A stretch of 64,000 nucleotides of DNA from Anaerolineales bacterium (lineage in GTDB: Bacteria > Chloroflexota > Anaerolineae > Anaerolineales > UBA11579), in contig OY760067.1 of NCBI GenBank assembly GCA_963662985.1, positions 1,071,838 to 1,135,837 of the forward strand. Reading direction: 5' to 3'. The position numbers and the translations under genes are program-made. A model generated the notes under the pieces. That model was not told the origin of the DNA and ran no database searches. It worked only from the letters and a program-made list of their open reading frames with translations. This document shows, one piece after another, positions 53,990 to 63,173 of the stretch (within the stretch, counting starts at the first letter, position 1; each line of letters opens with the position of its first letter).

Positions 53990-54949
53990 TTATAAATCAT
54001 CATACCGAATCGGCTGCACATCTCTAATTTCCGCATCACCTGTCCCAATCCCTGGTGGATAATAGAAAACCTTGCGCAAGCGTTCTGTCACCGAGCTAGG
54101 TTGGCGATATCCCTGAAAAGTCCCCCAAAATTGCATAAAACGGAACCACACAATGCTCCACCCCACTCGAAAAAATTTCCGTTCCCGCATCGCTGTGCCC
54201 ATATCACTCAAAACATTTTTGAAAAACAATTCCAAAAAATGTCCAAATCCAAATTTTTCTTCCGGATAAATCTGCTTAAACGTCATTGCTTCTCGACGAT
54301 AGCGATTATATACTTGCTTCGGCACTTCTTCATGCACATGAATGATCTCCGCCTCCGCCGCATACGACACAAAATACCCCTCGCTCATCGCCCACTTCGC
54401 CCACACCAAATCTTCCAATCCCGTCACTTCTTCATCATAGGGATGCACTTCCCACAAAGCTCGTCGAATCGCCGAATTAGCATTATTACAAAATGGAATG
54501 GATTGTCTTGCTACGGATTGGTCCGGAAACCATTGTCGGAAAAATTGATGTTCCGAATATTTATTACTTTCATTCCCCCGTTGTTTGCCATAGGCACACG
54601 CCACTTGCGCATCCTCAAACGGTTGCAACAACTGCTCCAACCAATCCGGATAAACAGGATACACATGCGCACTCGCCATCACTACAAATTCACCTGTCGC
54701 CGCCTCAATCCCACGATTCAGCGAACGTCCAAACGTAAATTCTTTTGGATCAATATGAACAACCTTTACTCCAAACCCTTCGGCAATCGTTCGTGTATCA
54801 TCTGTAGAACCAGAATCCACCAAAATCACTTCAAAATCGCGCATCGTCTGTTGCTCAATCCCCTTCAACAGCTTGCCAATGTGTTTGCCTTCATTGAAAG
54901 CTCGAATCACAATTGAACATCTAGGAGTCATTCTTTCAAACCTCACCAA
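53990..54949 (-). CDS. Glycosyltransferase family 2
   Basis: The defining block is CSIVIRAFNEGKHIGKLLKGIEQQTMRDFEVILVDSGSTDDT. Confidence 0.8.
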   Translation of the reverse strand: MVRFERMTPRCSIVIRAFNEGKHIGKLLKGIEQQTMRDFEVILVDSGSTDDTRTIAEGFGVKVVHIDPKEFTFGRSLNRGIEAATGEFVVMASAHVYPVYPDWLEQLLQPFEDAQVACAYGKQRGNESNKYSEHQFFRQWFPDQSVARQSIPFCNNANSAIRRALWEVHPYDEEVTGLEDLVWAKWAMSEGYFVSYAAEAEIIHVHEEVPKQVYNRYRREAMTFKQIYPEEKFGFGHFLELFFKNVLSDMGTAMRERKFFRVGWSIVWFRFMQFWGTFQGYRQPSSVTERLRKVFYYPPGIGTGDAEIRDVQPIRYDDL

Positions 54950-55806
54950 TCCATGTTTTCTTCATAGCCCAACCGAACCACGAGATCCCCAGCTTCTTCT
55001 TTAAAAACGTGTTTATTTTCTTCTGTGAACGCTTCTTTCCAACCACCCGGTTGGCCTTTTCGGAACGTACCTGATTTTTTCGGTTGCACTGCTGCATGCA
55101 TCGAAGCAATTGCTTCTTCATCGCTGGTCATCAATACCAACCCGCGTCCCTTCAAAAATTCCAAAATCCGCACAAATGTTGCATCTCGATCCAAGATCAA
55201 ATCTTCAAATTTCACTGGCAACACATTTGGTAAATTAATCCAACCTGCATAGCCATCATAACGCACTTTGATCGAAGAAATTCCATATAACTCATCATCA
55301 ATCCCACGAATGGCCGCATTAATCCGCGCTTCATCCGTATCAAATTTTTCATTGTAATATAGATGCAGATGATGATCTTCCTTCATATAAGTTGCATATT
55401 GTACTTGCGATACCACCACATCTCGAGGATCACGATAAAGGAAAAAGAGTGAATATTTATCTTGTCCTAATTCAGCTAAAAAGTCGGGCTTAGATTTTAA
55501 ATAACCATACGCCACATCCCCTGCGTTCAACTCATGTAATCGAGCTAATTTGTCTTGATCATCTCGCATTTTCAAATTATTTTCAGCGCGATTAATCGGC
55601 GGATAACCACTGTCAATCAATGGACTAACTGCAATTACCCCATCAATCACTTGAGTAAGCAAATGAGATCCAGCCTTAGGTATGGAATTAACAATAATAA
55701 TTGGTTGCGAGTCCAAAACTTTTTTTCCAAATCTCCGCGCAGAGTTCAACCGCCGTACTTGCCATCGCGCTTTTTTGAAAATTCTTTTTAATTCATAATA
55801 CGCCAT
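54943..55806 (-). CDS. Sulfotransferase
   Basis: The 5'-PSB loop is NSIPKAGSHLL and the 3'-PB motif is FFLYRDPRDVVVSQ. The gene overlaps its neighbours by 7 nt and 1 nt. Confidence 0.8.
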   Translation of the reverse strand: MAYYELKRIFKKARWQVRRLNSARRFGKKVLDSQPIIIVNSIPKAGSHLLTQVIDGVIAVSPLIDSGYPPINRAENNLKMRDDQDKLARLHELNAGDVAYGYLKSKPDFLAELGQDKYSLFFLYRDPRDVVVSQVQYATYMKEDHHLHLYYNEKFDTDEARINAAIRGIDDELYGISSIKVRYDGYAGWINLPNVLPVKFEDLILDRDATFVRILEFLKGRGLVLMTSDEEAIASMHAAVQPKKSGTFRKGQPGGWKEAFTEENKHVFKEEAGDLVVRLGYEENMDW

Positions 55807-57431
55807 TAGGAAATTCCACCTTGCTCATAAAATTTATCAACCGGCCGTTCAAACGATTCACCCTGCAAAATCCCAGCTTGAATTCGCTTCATCACCTTGC
55901 TGTTTTCTGATTTTAACGCCTTTGCATCAAAATCTTTCAACACCACATAGCCATCGGTCGGATGTGCTTTCAAATAATCCGCAAACGACTGAGATAAATG
56001 ATGATTTTGGTAATACACATATCGCAATGCATTCTCATAGAATACATCTGGCGTATCAATTTTCTCTTCTCTAAAAAATTTCTCCACCATTGCCAAATGT
56101 GCGTCTCGGCTCTCCGGCACAAACACCGTCTCATATCCCGTATAACGCGATTTCCCCGCACTAATCACAGGCACTCGCATTAGGCTGCCTTCCAATCCTA
56201 TAGAAGAATTATACACCAGCACAAACTTTGCTTGCAGCATTAAAGCATAAGAACTCACATACTCATTGCTATTAATAAACACCACATTCTCTTTTTCCAA
56301 CAGCCCTTGCGCTTTCACCCAATCCGCCACCGATTCCAACGAGCGTTTTCCTTCGCGTAATTCATCCGGATGTGCTCGCAGCACAAACAACACCTCTGGA
56401 TGTGCTTCAATCATCTCTCTAATATCTTCCAACCACGCAAACATATCCGCATAAATCACGTTCGCATGCATCTGGCTCGTATCAAAAATCACATTCGTAA
56501 ACACTGGCACCATCGCTTCATGTGCTTCAATCTTCGCCAGCAGTTCTGCATCCAACCCCTGCATATCTTTCCAAAATGTAATCCCCGCCATCGTGAAATC
56601 GCCCTGAAAGCGCTTCTTCAAATACGCCTGAATCGTCTCACGTTGTTCTTGGGTCAATTCAAAATCAGCCGGCATTGCCGTCGGATAAGCGGTTGCTTCT
56701 CCCGCCACAAAAAAGCCAGAAAATGGTTCAAAGCCCACTTCATGCGTCACCACTCGAATCCCCTGTGCTTCCGCAAAATAGCGCACCACTGCTTCCGGAT
56801 AGGAGGTCCCATTAAACACCACCACCGCTTGTGGTTGAATCCGCGCCAACGCAAGTTCCGCCTGTTGTCCCAACGCCACCGCTGAAACCAAAAAATCTGC
56901 AAACACCCCCCGCGTATCCGCATCGTCTAATAAGTTATGTCGTCGCAAACGCCAGCGCACCGCCGGCAGCACCATCGCCCCATAAGGCACATCGTCCACC
57001 ACCACATCGCTCAATTCGTCCACACTCTTCGTTGCCAATTCACTCGTCAAAGTTTCATCAAAGCCATCTTCCAACCACACCACTTCATCTGCTCCCGCAA
57101 ACAAGCGCTCTGATTGCGCCACACATGCTTCGCATGGCATCGGCTTATTCAAATCATTCAAATCCAAACCCAACACACATCTCTTCATCCCTCTTCGGCA
57201 AGCCATCTGCACCACGCGCACGCCATCCATCCCCAAGCTCCACGCCACCAATTGCTGGAAAGCGGCATTCAAGCTCATCCCATAGATCCGCGTCGACGCA
57301 TTAAATAACACCACCGTTCCCTTTGCAGCGTCTTTTTCCACCGCCTTGGCTTGTTTCGCCAACTGCGCCATCCGCCAGCGATTCTCCACCGTATTCAATT
57401 TCACTTTCACAGCATCAAACATCATTCGCAT
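55806..57431 (-). CDS. Capsule-synthesis-like protein (KpsS/KpsC-type, putative CMP-sugar-dependent transferase)
   Basis: VVVFNGTSYPEAVVRYFAEAQGIRVVTHEVGFEP, FVLRAHPDE and FVLVYNSSIGLEGSLMRVPVISAG resemble the Capsule_synth pattern (from memory; not searched). Confidence 0.45.
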   Translation of the reverse strand: MRMMFDAVKVKLNTVENRWRMAQLAKQAKAVEKDAAKGTVVLFNASTRIYGMSLNAAFQQLVAWSLGMDGVRVVQMACRRGMKRCVLGLDLNDLNKPMPCEACVAQSERLFAGADEVVWLEDGFDETLTSELATKSVDELSDVVVDDVPYGAMVLPAVRWRLRRHNLLDDADTRGVFADFLVSAVALGQQAELALARIQPQAVVVFNGTSYPEAVVRYFAEAQGIRVVTHEVGFEPFSGFFVAGEATAYPTAMPADFELTQEQRETIQAYLKKRFQGDFTMAGITFWKDMQGLDAELLAKIEAHEAMVPVFTNVIFDTSQMHANVIYADMFAWLEDIREMIEAHPEVLFVLRAHPDELREGKRSLESVADWVKAQGLLEKENVVFINSNEYVSSYALMLQAKFVLVYNSSIGLEGSLMRVPVISAGKSRYTGYETVFVPESRDAHLAMVEKFFREEKIDTPDVFYENALRYVYYQNHHLSQSFADYLKAHPTDGYVVLKDFDAKALKSENSKVMKRIQAGILQGESFERPVDKFYEQGGIS

Positions 57432-57460
57432 TCGCTCTCAAAAAAAGATAAATTCTTTTA

Positions 57461-58237
57461 TCAACTCAATTTTTCAATCGTATAACCCAATTCTTCAAAG
57501 GTCAGCTCACCGCTTTCCAACAACAATTCTGCCCGTTTCCAATCTGCCATCGAATCAATATCAACCCAATCGCCATCATTCATAAACATCGGCAAAATCT
57601 TCTTCCCCGTCAAAGATTTTTGTTCCGTCACCGTCTTCGTCCAAAACGCATCCACATACCCCACCTGCCAATACACTTCCGGCAAGGCTTGCCGTGGCAT
57701 ATTATACGCTTCTGCAAACTCGGTCTCAATCAACGGTTCCATGAAGCCATCTGCCCCAATCTTCCACATCTTAAACGGATTCTGAAATGGCACAATCACC
57801 CCACGCACAGAATCTGCTTCCGGTTTTTCTAGCAAATTCTCCACCGCCTTGTCCACATGCCAAAGCCGACGAAACGGGCTCGTTGGGCGCAATTGCACAA
57901 TCATATCCGGGTGATAATCTTCATGCTCCGCCAACCACTCCACTGCATGGGCAAACACCGGAAAGTCCGGTGTACCATCTTGCGCATGTTCATCCGGACG
58001 CATAAAAGGCGTCTCCGCCCCATAAAGTCGTGCTACTTCTGCAATTTCCGCATCATCCGTAGACACAATCACTCGGGTCACCCACTTTGAGGCACGTGCC
58101 ACCGCAATGCTATAAGCAATCATCGGATACCCGCCCAGCGCTAAGATATTCTTATGCGGAATGCTCTTCGAGCCCCCCCTTGCAGGGATAATCGCCAAAA
58201 CTTCAGGTTTTTTGTTCAAGTTTGCTGACTCACTCAT
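57461..58237 (-). CDS. Acylneuraminate/CMP-sugar cytidylyltransferase family protein (NeuA/KdsB-like)
   Basis: The defining block is VLAIIPARGGSKSIPHKNILALGGYPMIAYSIAVA. Confidence 0.8.
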   Translation of the reverse strand: MSESANLNKKPEVLAIIPARGGSKSIPHKNILALGGYPMIAYSIAVARASKWVTRVIVSTDDAEIAEVARLYGAETPFMRPDEHAQDGTPDFPVFAHAVEWLAEHEDYHPDMIVQLRPTSPFRRLWHVDKAVENLLEKPEADSVRGVIVPFQNPFKMWKIGADGFMEPLIETEFAEAYNMPRQALPEVYWQVGYVDAFWTKTVTEQKSLTGKKILPMFMNDGDWVDIDSMADWKRAELLLESGELTFEELGYTIEKLS

Positions 58238-58265
58238 CGCAAAATCTCCATATTCAAAAGCCCGT

Positions 58266-59714
58266 CTAGCGAGCCAATTCTTTCAAATATCCAGCCGCTT
58301 TCAAAGCCGCCACCACTTCATCCGCACATTCCTGCGGGGTTTTGCCGGCCGTTGGCACCACAATCTCTGCCTCCAACGGAGCTTCATAAGGCGAATCAAT
58401 CCCCGTGAAATTCTTTAATTCACCCGCGCGTGCCTTTGCATAAAGCCCCTTCACATCGCGAGCTTCTGCTTCCGCTAAAGTTGTCGCCACATAAATCTCC
58501 ACAAATTTATCCGTGCCCACCATCGCGCGCACTGCTTCCCGTGTCTTTCGAAAAGGGGAGATTGCCGCACACATCACCGTTCCACCGTGTTTGGCAATTT
58601 CTGCCGCCACATAACCAATTCGCAAAATATTCGTATCGCGATCTTCCGCACTAAAGGTCAATCCCTTTGATAAATGCGTTCGCACCACATCGCCGTCCAA
58701 CACCGTCAATTGCCGACCATGTGCCAACAATTGTGGGGCCACCAAATTTGCAATCGCGCTCTTCCCAGAGCCACTCAAACCCGTGAACCACAACACCAAC
58801 CCTTGTTTTTCTTTCGGCGGGGCCACATCTTCCAGCATCGTCCGCACCGCAGGCAAATAGTCCGTCTCATGGATAGTTTCGCGCCAATCTTGGTCACTTT
58901 CTTCCAAATCCACAAACACAAATTGCATCGCCAATGCATCCGCCACCAAGCTCACTTCTTCTTCCCATTTTTCATCCAACACCAAATGCGTCACCCCAAA
59001 ATTCTTCGCCACCACAGCTCTTAATAACACATCCGCTAGGCTAGCTTTGCGCATAGCTAAATCAGATAACACCACATCCCAATCCCCCAACAGCCAACTG
59101 CGCACCTTCGTATAATACGCCAAATCTTGTTTCGAATCCCAGCCAAACACGGGCAACACCATCCCGCTCACCAAGCCATCCACTTCATCCATCGCCGCAT
59201 GCATCACCAACGCATCCAACTTACGCATTGGTCCATCCGCAAACATCCCCAACACTACATCATCTCCAGCCACAGCCTTTTGCATCATCGTCGGGCTTTT
59301 GCGTAATTCCAAAAAATCCACCTGCTTGGGCAAGTTCACCACCTGCAAATCCCCCGCCAAACACGCCGCTTCAGGGCTTTCTTCAAACTGAAACACTTCT
59401 TCCACGTCCATCACTGCAATCGTATTAAAATATTCATCCCGCAACACCACTGCATCAAATTCGTCTGCCAAATCTGCCAACAACACTGGCAACACCAACG
59501 GGGCAGGGAAGAAACTACCATCCAACAATTGCATCGTTTCCGTCACCGCCATCACTTCATCCGCTCCCATAAAATGATCCAACGGTGCCAACCCACCTTC
59601 TGCCAACAACACCACATAACTCAACACTTCTTTGCTCAATTGCACCGAAGGCAAATTCACCGCGCGTGCCAAAGTCGCTTCTCGTTCTTTTCCTGTCAAA
59701 ATCAAGTTCACCAT
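58266..59714 (-). CDS. cysC: Adenylylsulfate (APS) kinase fused to a degenerate N-terminal ATP-sulfurylase-like domain
   Basis: The C-terminus is GLVLWFTGLSGSGKSAIANLV...LDGDVVRTHLSKGLTFSAEDRDTNILRIGYVAAEIAKHGGTVMCAAISPF. The N-terminal roughly 290 aa align to Sat, but QTRNPMHRAH is MFADGPMRKLD and GRDHAG is LDEKWE. Confidence 0.85.
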   Translation of the reverse strand: MVNLILTGKEREATLARAVNLPSVQLSKEVLSYVVLLAEGGLAPLDHFMGADEVMAVTETMQLLDGSFFPAPLVLPVLLADLADEFDAVVLRDEYFNTIAVMDVEEVFQFEESPEAACLAGDLQVVNLPKQVDFLELRKSPTMMQKAVAGDDVVLGMFADGPMRKLDALVMHAAMDEVDGLVSGMVLPVFGWDSKQDLAYYTKVRSWLLGDWDVVLSDLAMRKASLADVLLRAVVAKNFGVTHLVLDEKWEEEVSLVADALAMQFVFVDLEESDQDWRETIHETDYLPAVRTMLEDVAPPKEKQGLVLWFTGLSGSGKSAIANLVAPQLLAHGRQLTVLDGDVVRTHLSKGLTFSAEDRDTNILRIGYVAAEIAKHGGTVMCAAISPFRKTREAVRAMVGTDKFVEIYVATTLAEAEARDVKGLYAKARAGELKNFTGIDSPYEAPLEAEIVVPTAGKTPQECADEVVAALKAAGYLKELAR

Positions 59715-59729
59715 CCTCAGCTCACTTTC

Positions 59730-60737
59730 TTATTTCGATCGCAAGATCGACCAATCTTTCACAATTGTTTCATGTTCCGCAGACCACAGCGCCCCCAAGG
59801 CCAATTCCTGTGCCCGAATCCCGTCCTGCAACGTACATCCTGACGGCATCCCATCCCGCACCATTGCCACAAAATGTGCCGTCTGCGCCATGAACAAGTC
59901 ATTCCGCTCAAATCCATCTTTCATCGGATACTCCGTCCATGTTTTCTTTTCCCCATCAAAAACACGCACCATCCCATCCGCATTATCCCAAAAAATCGAC
60001 CCCTTCGTACACACCACTTCCAAAGAATGTTGCGCTGGGCGTTGCACATAATCCAAATGCACATTCCCAATCATCCCATTCTCAAATCGCAATCCAATCT
60101 CCGCCGTGTCTTCCACGTCCATTTCCAAGTCGCTCACTTTGTCCGCAAACGCCCATTCTGCGGTCACTTCGCCAAACATCATCCGCAAATAGTCCAACGG
60201 ATGCGTCAAGGTCAACACCACGCCGCCCCCCAAGTCCTTGCGCGCCGCATATCCCTTGCGATAGTCTTCCCACGGATGCCAATCCGGCAAATATTCTCCC
60301 CAGCGCACCCGCACCGAAGTCGCCCGTCCCACTTCCCCCATCTCCACCAAATTTTTAATCCCCCGCAAACCCGGATGCCAGCGAAACTGAAAGCCCACCA
60401 ACACCGGCACGTCATTTTCTTCCACAATTTGCAAAAACTCATCCATCCCCGTCATCGAATCCGAAACGGGCTTTTCCATCAAAATCGCCACGCCTGCTTT
60501 CGCCGCCGGAATCGCCACATCCAAATGCAGCGCCGTCGGGTTCGAAATCACAATCGCATCGGGTTTATGTGCCAAAGCCGCTTCAATCGACGTCTCCACT
60601 GGCAATCCTGCCAATTCATCATCGGATAAAGTCGCCCGATGAGAACGTAGCAACACAAACTCTTCCACCCCACAAGCCCGCAAATTGCGCAAATGTCGGC
60701 GGCCAATCGAGCCTAACCCAGCGATCACAACCTTCAT
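59730..60737 (-). CDS. Gfo/Idh/MocA family oxidoreductase
   Basis: The N-terminal Rossmann motif is MKVVIAGLGSIGRRHLRNL. The block AILMEKP and a C-terminal alpha/beta domain are also present. Confidence 0.85.
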   Translation of the reverse strand: MKVVIAGLGSIGRRHLRNLRACGVEEFVLLRSHRATLSDDELAGLPVETSIEAALAHKPDAIVISNPTALHLDVAIPAAKAGVAILMEKPVSDSMTGMDEFLQIVEENDVPVLVGFQFRWHPGLRGIKNLVEMGEVGRATSVRVRWGEYLPDWHPWEDYRKGYAARKDLGGGVVLTLTHPLDYLRMMFGEVTAEWAFADKVSDLEMDVEDTAEIGLRFENGMIGNVHLDYVQRPAQHSLEVVCTKGSIFWDNADGMVRVFDGEKKTWTEYPMKDGFERNDLFMAQTAHFVAMVRDGMPSGCTLQDGIRAQELALGALWSAEHETIVKDWSILRSK

Positions 60738-60748
60738 CGTCCCGTTCC

Positions 60749-62188
60749 TTACTTTCCTTGCACCAAGCTCAATAAATATTCACCCGTACGGCGCCCAGCG
60801 CTCCCATCGGTGAACGTACATTCATCTTCAATAAATTTTTCTTGTGCGGCCGCATCATGGGTCGGATTTTGCAAATACAAATTCAACGTATCCTTCAAAC
60901 TTTCTTTGTCCAACACCACCGTACCCGCCTTCGCTTCAATAAAGCGTCGGTGTGTTTCCCAATCCGAAATTTCCGACAACGGCAAATAGAAATTCTCCGT
61001 CCAGCCCACCTCATGGTCAATACACTCCGCAATAATCGGCGTGCGATGAATCGCCGTTTCCACCACCATCGTAGAATACACCGTCACAAACACATCCGAG
61101 TGCGCCATCATCGACGTCTTCTCTGGCATATCTTCCCCAGAATAATGGCCCAATTCGCCCCCCAAGGCCACCGGTTCCACCAAATGCACATGTGGCATCG
61201 TCTTCACCATCTCCCGCACTGCTTCACGTTCCGCCGCAAAGCGTCCCGTATTCATAAAATGGTTCGGGTGCAAACGCACCAACAATTGGCTCGGTTCTGC
61301 CAAAGCATCCTCATTCACCAATTCGGCCAATGCCTCAATATTCTGAATATTTGGCGAAAAGCTCACAAAACTGCTTGCATAAGAAATCAACTTCCGCGTA
61401 GAGTCCAAGCCATGCAATTCAAAATACTCTTCCTTCGGCATTACCCATTCATTCAAAAAATATCCATCATAAGAGGGGATCCCGCCAATATTCACCTTCT
61501 TTGGGTCCCAATCCGACCCCAACACCAATTCTTGCTTCTGCAATTCAGACCAACACGTCGCATAATCCATGTCCGCCCCACTCAAATTATACGAACAAGA
61601 ATTATCCCATCCCACAATCACAGTCGTAGTAGTAATTCCACGTGCTGCCGCTTCTCGCAACAAATACTTATCAAAGCGCCAACCCGGCGTACTCGCCACC
61701 ACCATCTCTGGTTCATATTTTTCAAACAAATCATCATAGAGATGTGGCACAAACTGTCGTTGCATGCTTTGCATCAACTTACGCGCCAACTTCGAATAAT
61801 GCATCACCGTCACCGCCAGCTTCATCACCGGCATCAACAGCTTGCGTTTCCCCGTCGCTTCCACTTGCACCTGCTCAATATAATTCTCCACCGGCACCAA
61901 ATTAATCTTATGGGAGGCCCCCGCTCGGCGCAAAAAATCCAACCAAAATTGCATCGAAGGTTTATAGGAATTAAAATAATCTCTCGCTTCTTTAATCCGC
62001 AAATCTTCCACAATCAAGCCTTCTTGACCAAAACGTGCCTCGATCTGTTCTTTCAACACCGCATCCGTCAACAAAACCACACGCACCCCACCCTCAATCA
62101 TTGTTTTCACCACATCGCTTTGCAAAAAATAAACGATCGCCAACCCATGATCTGCACTAATAAAAACAGTCTTTTGTTTATCCGTCAT
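60749..62188 (-). CDS. Hypothetical GT-B-like polysaccharide biosynthesis protein (distantly similar in pattern to the 55806-57431 product)
   Basis: LLVRLHPNH and SDVFVTVYSTMVVETAIHRTPIIA follow the same pattern as FVLRAHPDE and FVLVYNSSIGLEGSLMRVPVISA. I cannot name a family with confidence. Confidence 0.4.
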   Translation of the reverse strand: MTDKQKTVFISADHGLAIVYFLQSDVVKTMIEGGVRVVLLTDAVLKEQIEARFGQEGLIVEDLRIKEARDYFNSYKPSMQFWLDFLRRAGASHKINLVPVENYIEQVQVEATGKRKLLMPVMKLAVTVMHYSKLARKLMQSMQRQFVPHLYDDLFEKYEPEMVVASTPGWRFDKYLLREAAARGITTTTVIVGWDNSCSYNLSGADMDYATCWSELQKQELVLGSDWDPKKVNIGGIPSYDGYFLNEWVMPKEEYFELHGLDSTRKLISYASSFVSFSPNIQNIEALAELVNEDALAEPSQLLVRLHPNHFMNTGRFAAEREAVREMVKTMPHVHLVEPVALGGELGHYSGEDMPEKTSMMAHSDVFVTVYSTMVVETAIHRTPIIAECIDHEVGWTENFYLPLSEISDWETHRRFIEAKAGTVVLDKESLKDTLNLYLQNPTHDAAAQEKFIEDECTFTDGSAGRRTGEYLLSLVQGK

Positions 62189-62199
62189 TCCATCATCCT

Positions 62200-63165
62200 C
62201 TAATTTCGATACAATATCTCAAAGCTCTTATCATAGACCTTCTGCACCAACTTACGCAACGGTCCCCTTTGCCAAATGCTAGGCTTCTTCACAACTTGTG
62301 TCCCTGCTTCTTTCGCATCCAACAAGTCCTCTTCCAGCAAAAATCCCTTCACTGGCACCGTATTCCCCATATGTTGCACATACCACTGATCCAAGCACAA
62401 CCGCAAATAGCCCGCCGCATTGATCGCTTCATCCAACAAACGCACTTGCCCCATCGGACGGTTCGACGCGATCGGTGTCATCTCGCGCAACACATCCGTG
62501 CGCGCCACAAACTGAAAATGCGAAGCCCCAATGAAATAATGTTTCCCTTCATAGCTCACCCGCAAACTGTCATTCTCTTGCATAAAAGCCCGTGCCTTTT
62601 CCTCATCGCCCCCCAAGCTAATCGCATGTCGCCAAAAATCTTCCCATGCAAAATCATAGCCCCGTTCCAGCAAACCATTTTCTTCTGCCCAAGTCACTGT
62701 CGCCGTAGAAAATTTCTCCGGCGTCATCATCGGCATCCCCGTCACCATTCCCAACTTCGGGAAGGTCTTCAATGCATCCACCTGTGCCGTCAACCATCCT
62801 TCATAATGATAGACATCGCTGTCCGCAAACGCCACAAATTCACCCGGTGCCGCACGGAACATAAAGTTCCAAGCGCCAGCCTTGCCCACATTCTTATCAG
62901 ACAAAACCAAATAGTCAATTTTGCCCGCTTCATGCAATTCATTCAAATACGCCCGCACTTCCGGGCAGCTCGCATTGTCAAACACCATCAAATCAAATTC
63001 CATCTGGGTATTCTTCAAAATGCTCCCCAAGCACAACTTCAACACATCCAAACTCTCTTCATAGTACCCCCCGATCATTGGAATATAGGTCACCACCGCC
63101 ACCGTCACCGGCGCAGGTTGCACCACATCTTGCATTGCTTTTGCAGGGTTTTGTCCAACGCGCAT
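62200..63165 (-). CDS. Glycosyltransferase family 2-like
   Basis: VTVAVVTYIP...FDLMVFDNASCPEV...FADSDV shows a GT-A DxD-type arrangement. Confidence 0.7.
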   Translation of the reverse strand: MRVGQNPAKAMQDVVQPAPVTVAVVTYIPMIGGYYEESLDVLKLCLGSILKNTQMEFDLMVFDNASCPEVRAYLNELHEAGKIDYLVLSDKNVGKAGAWNFMFRAAPGEFVAFADSDVYHYEGWLTAQVDALKTFPKLGMVTGMPMMTPEKFSTATVTWAEENGLLERGYDFAWEDFWRHAISLGGDEEKARAFMQENDSLRVSYEGKHYFIGASHFQFVARTDVLREMTPIASNRPMGQVRLLDEAINAAGYLRLCLDQWYVQHMGNTVPVKGFLLEEDLLDAKEAGTQVVKKPSIWQRGPLRKLVQKVYDKSFEILYRN

Positions 63166-63173
63166 CAGTCCAC

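Noticed and set aside
60842-62203. There are very long + strand ORFs antisense to - strand genes. Examples are this 453-aa ORF, 62269-63420 (383 aa), 43139-44125 (328 aa), 39646-40545 (299 aa), 52395-53270 (291 aa), 54101-54916 (271 aa), 59874-60629 (251 aa) and 49049-49747 (232 aa).
   Set aside because: Their translations are low-complexity and rich in His, Arg, Gln, Ile and Pro, with no motifs. Each mirrors a - strand ORF that has clear family signatures. The + strand is so G-poor that TAG and TGA are rare, and TAA requires the rare TTA codon opposite. Long stop-free antisense frames are therefore an expected compositional artefact.
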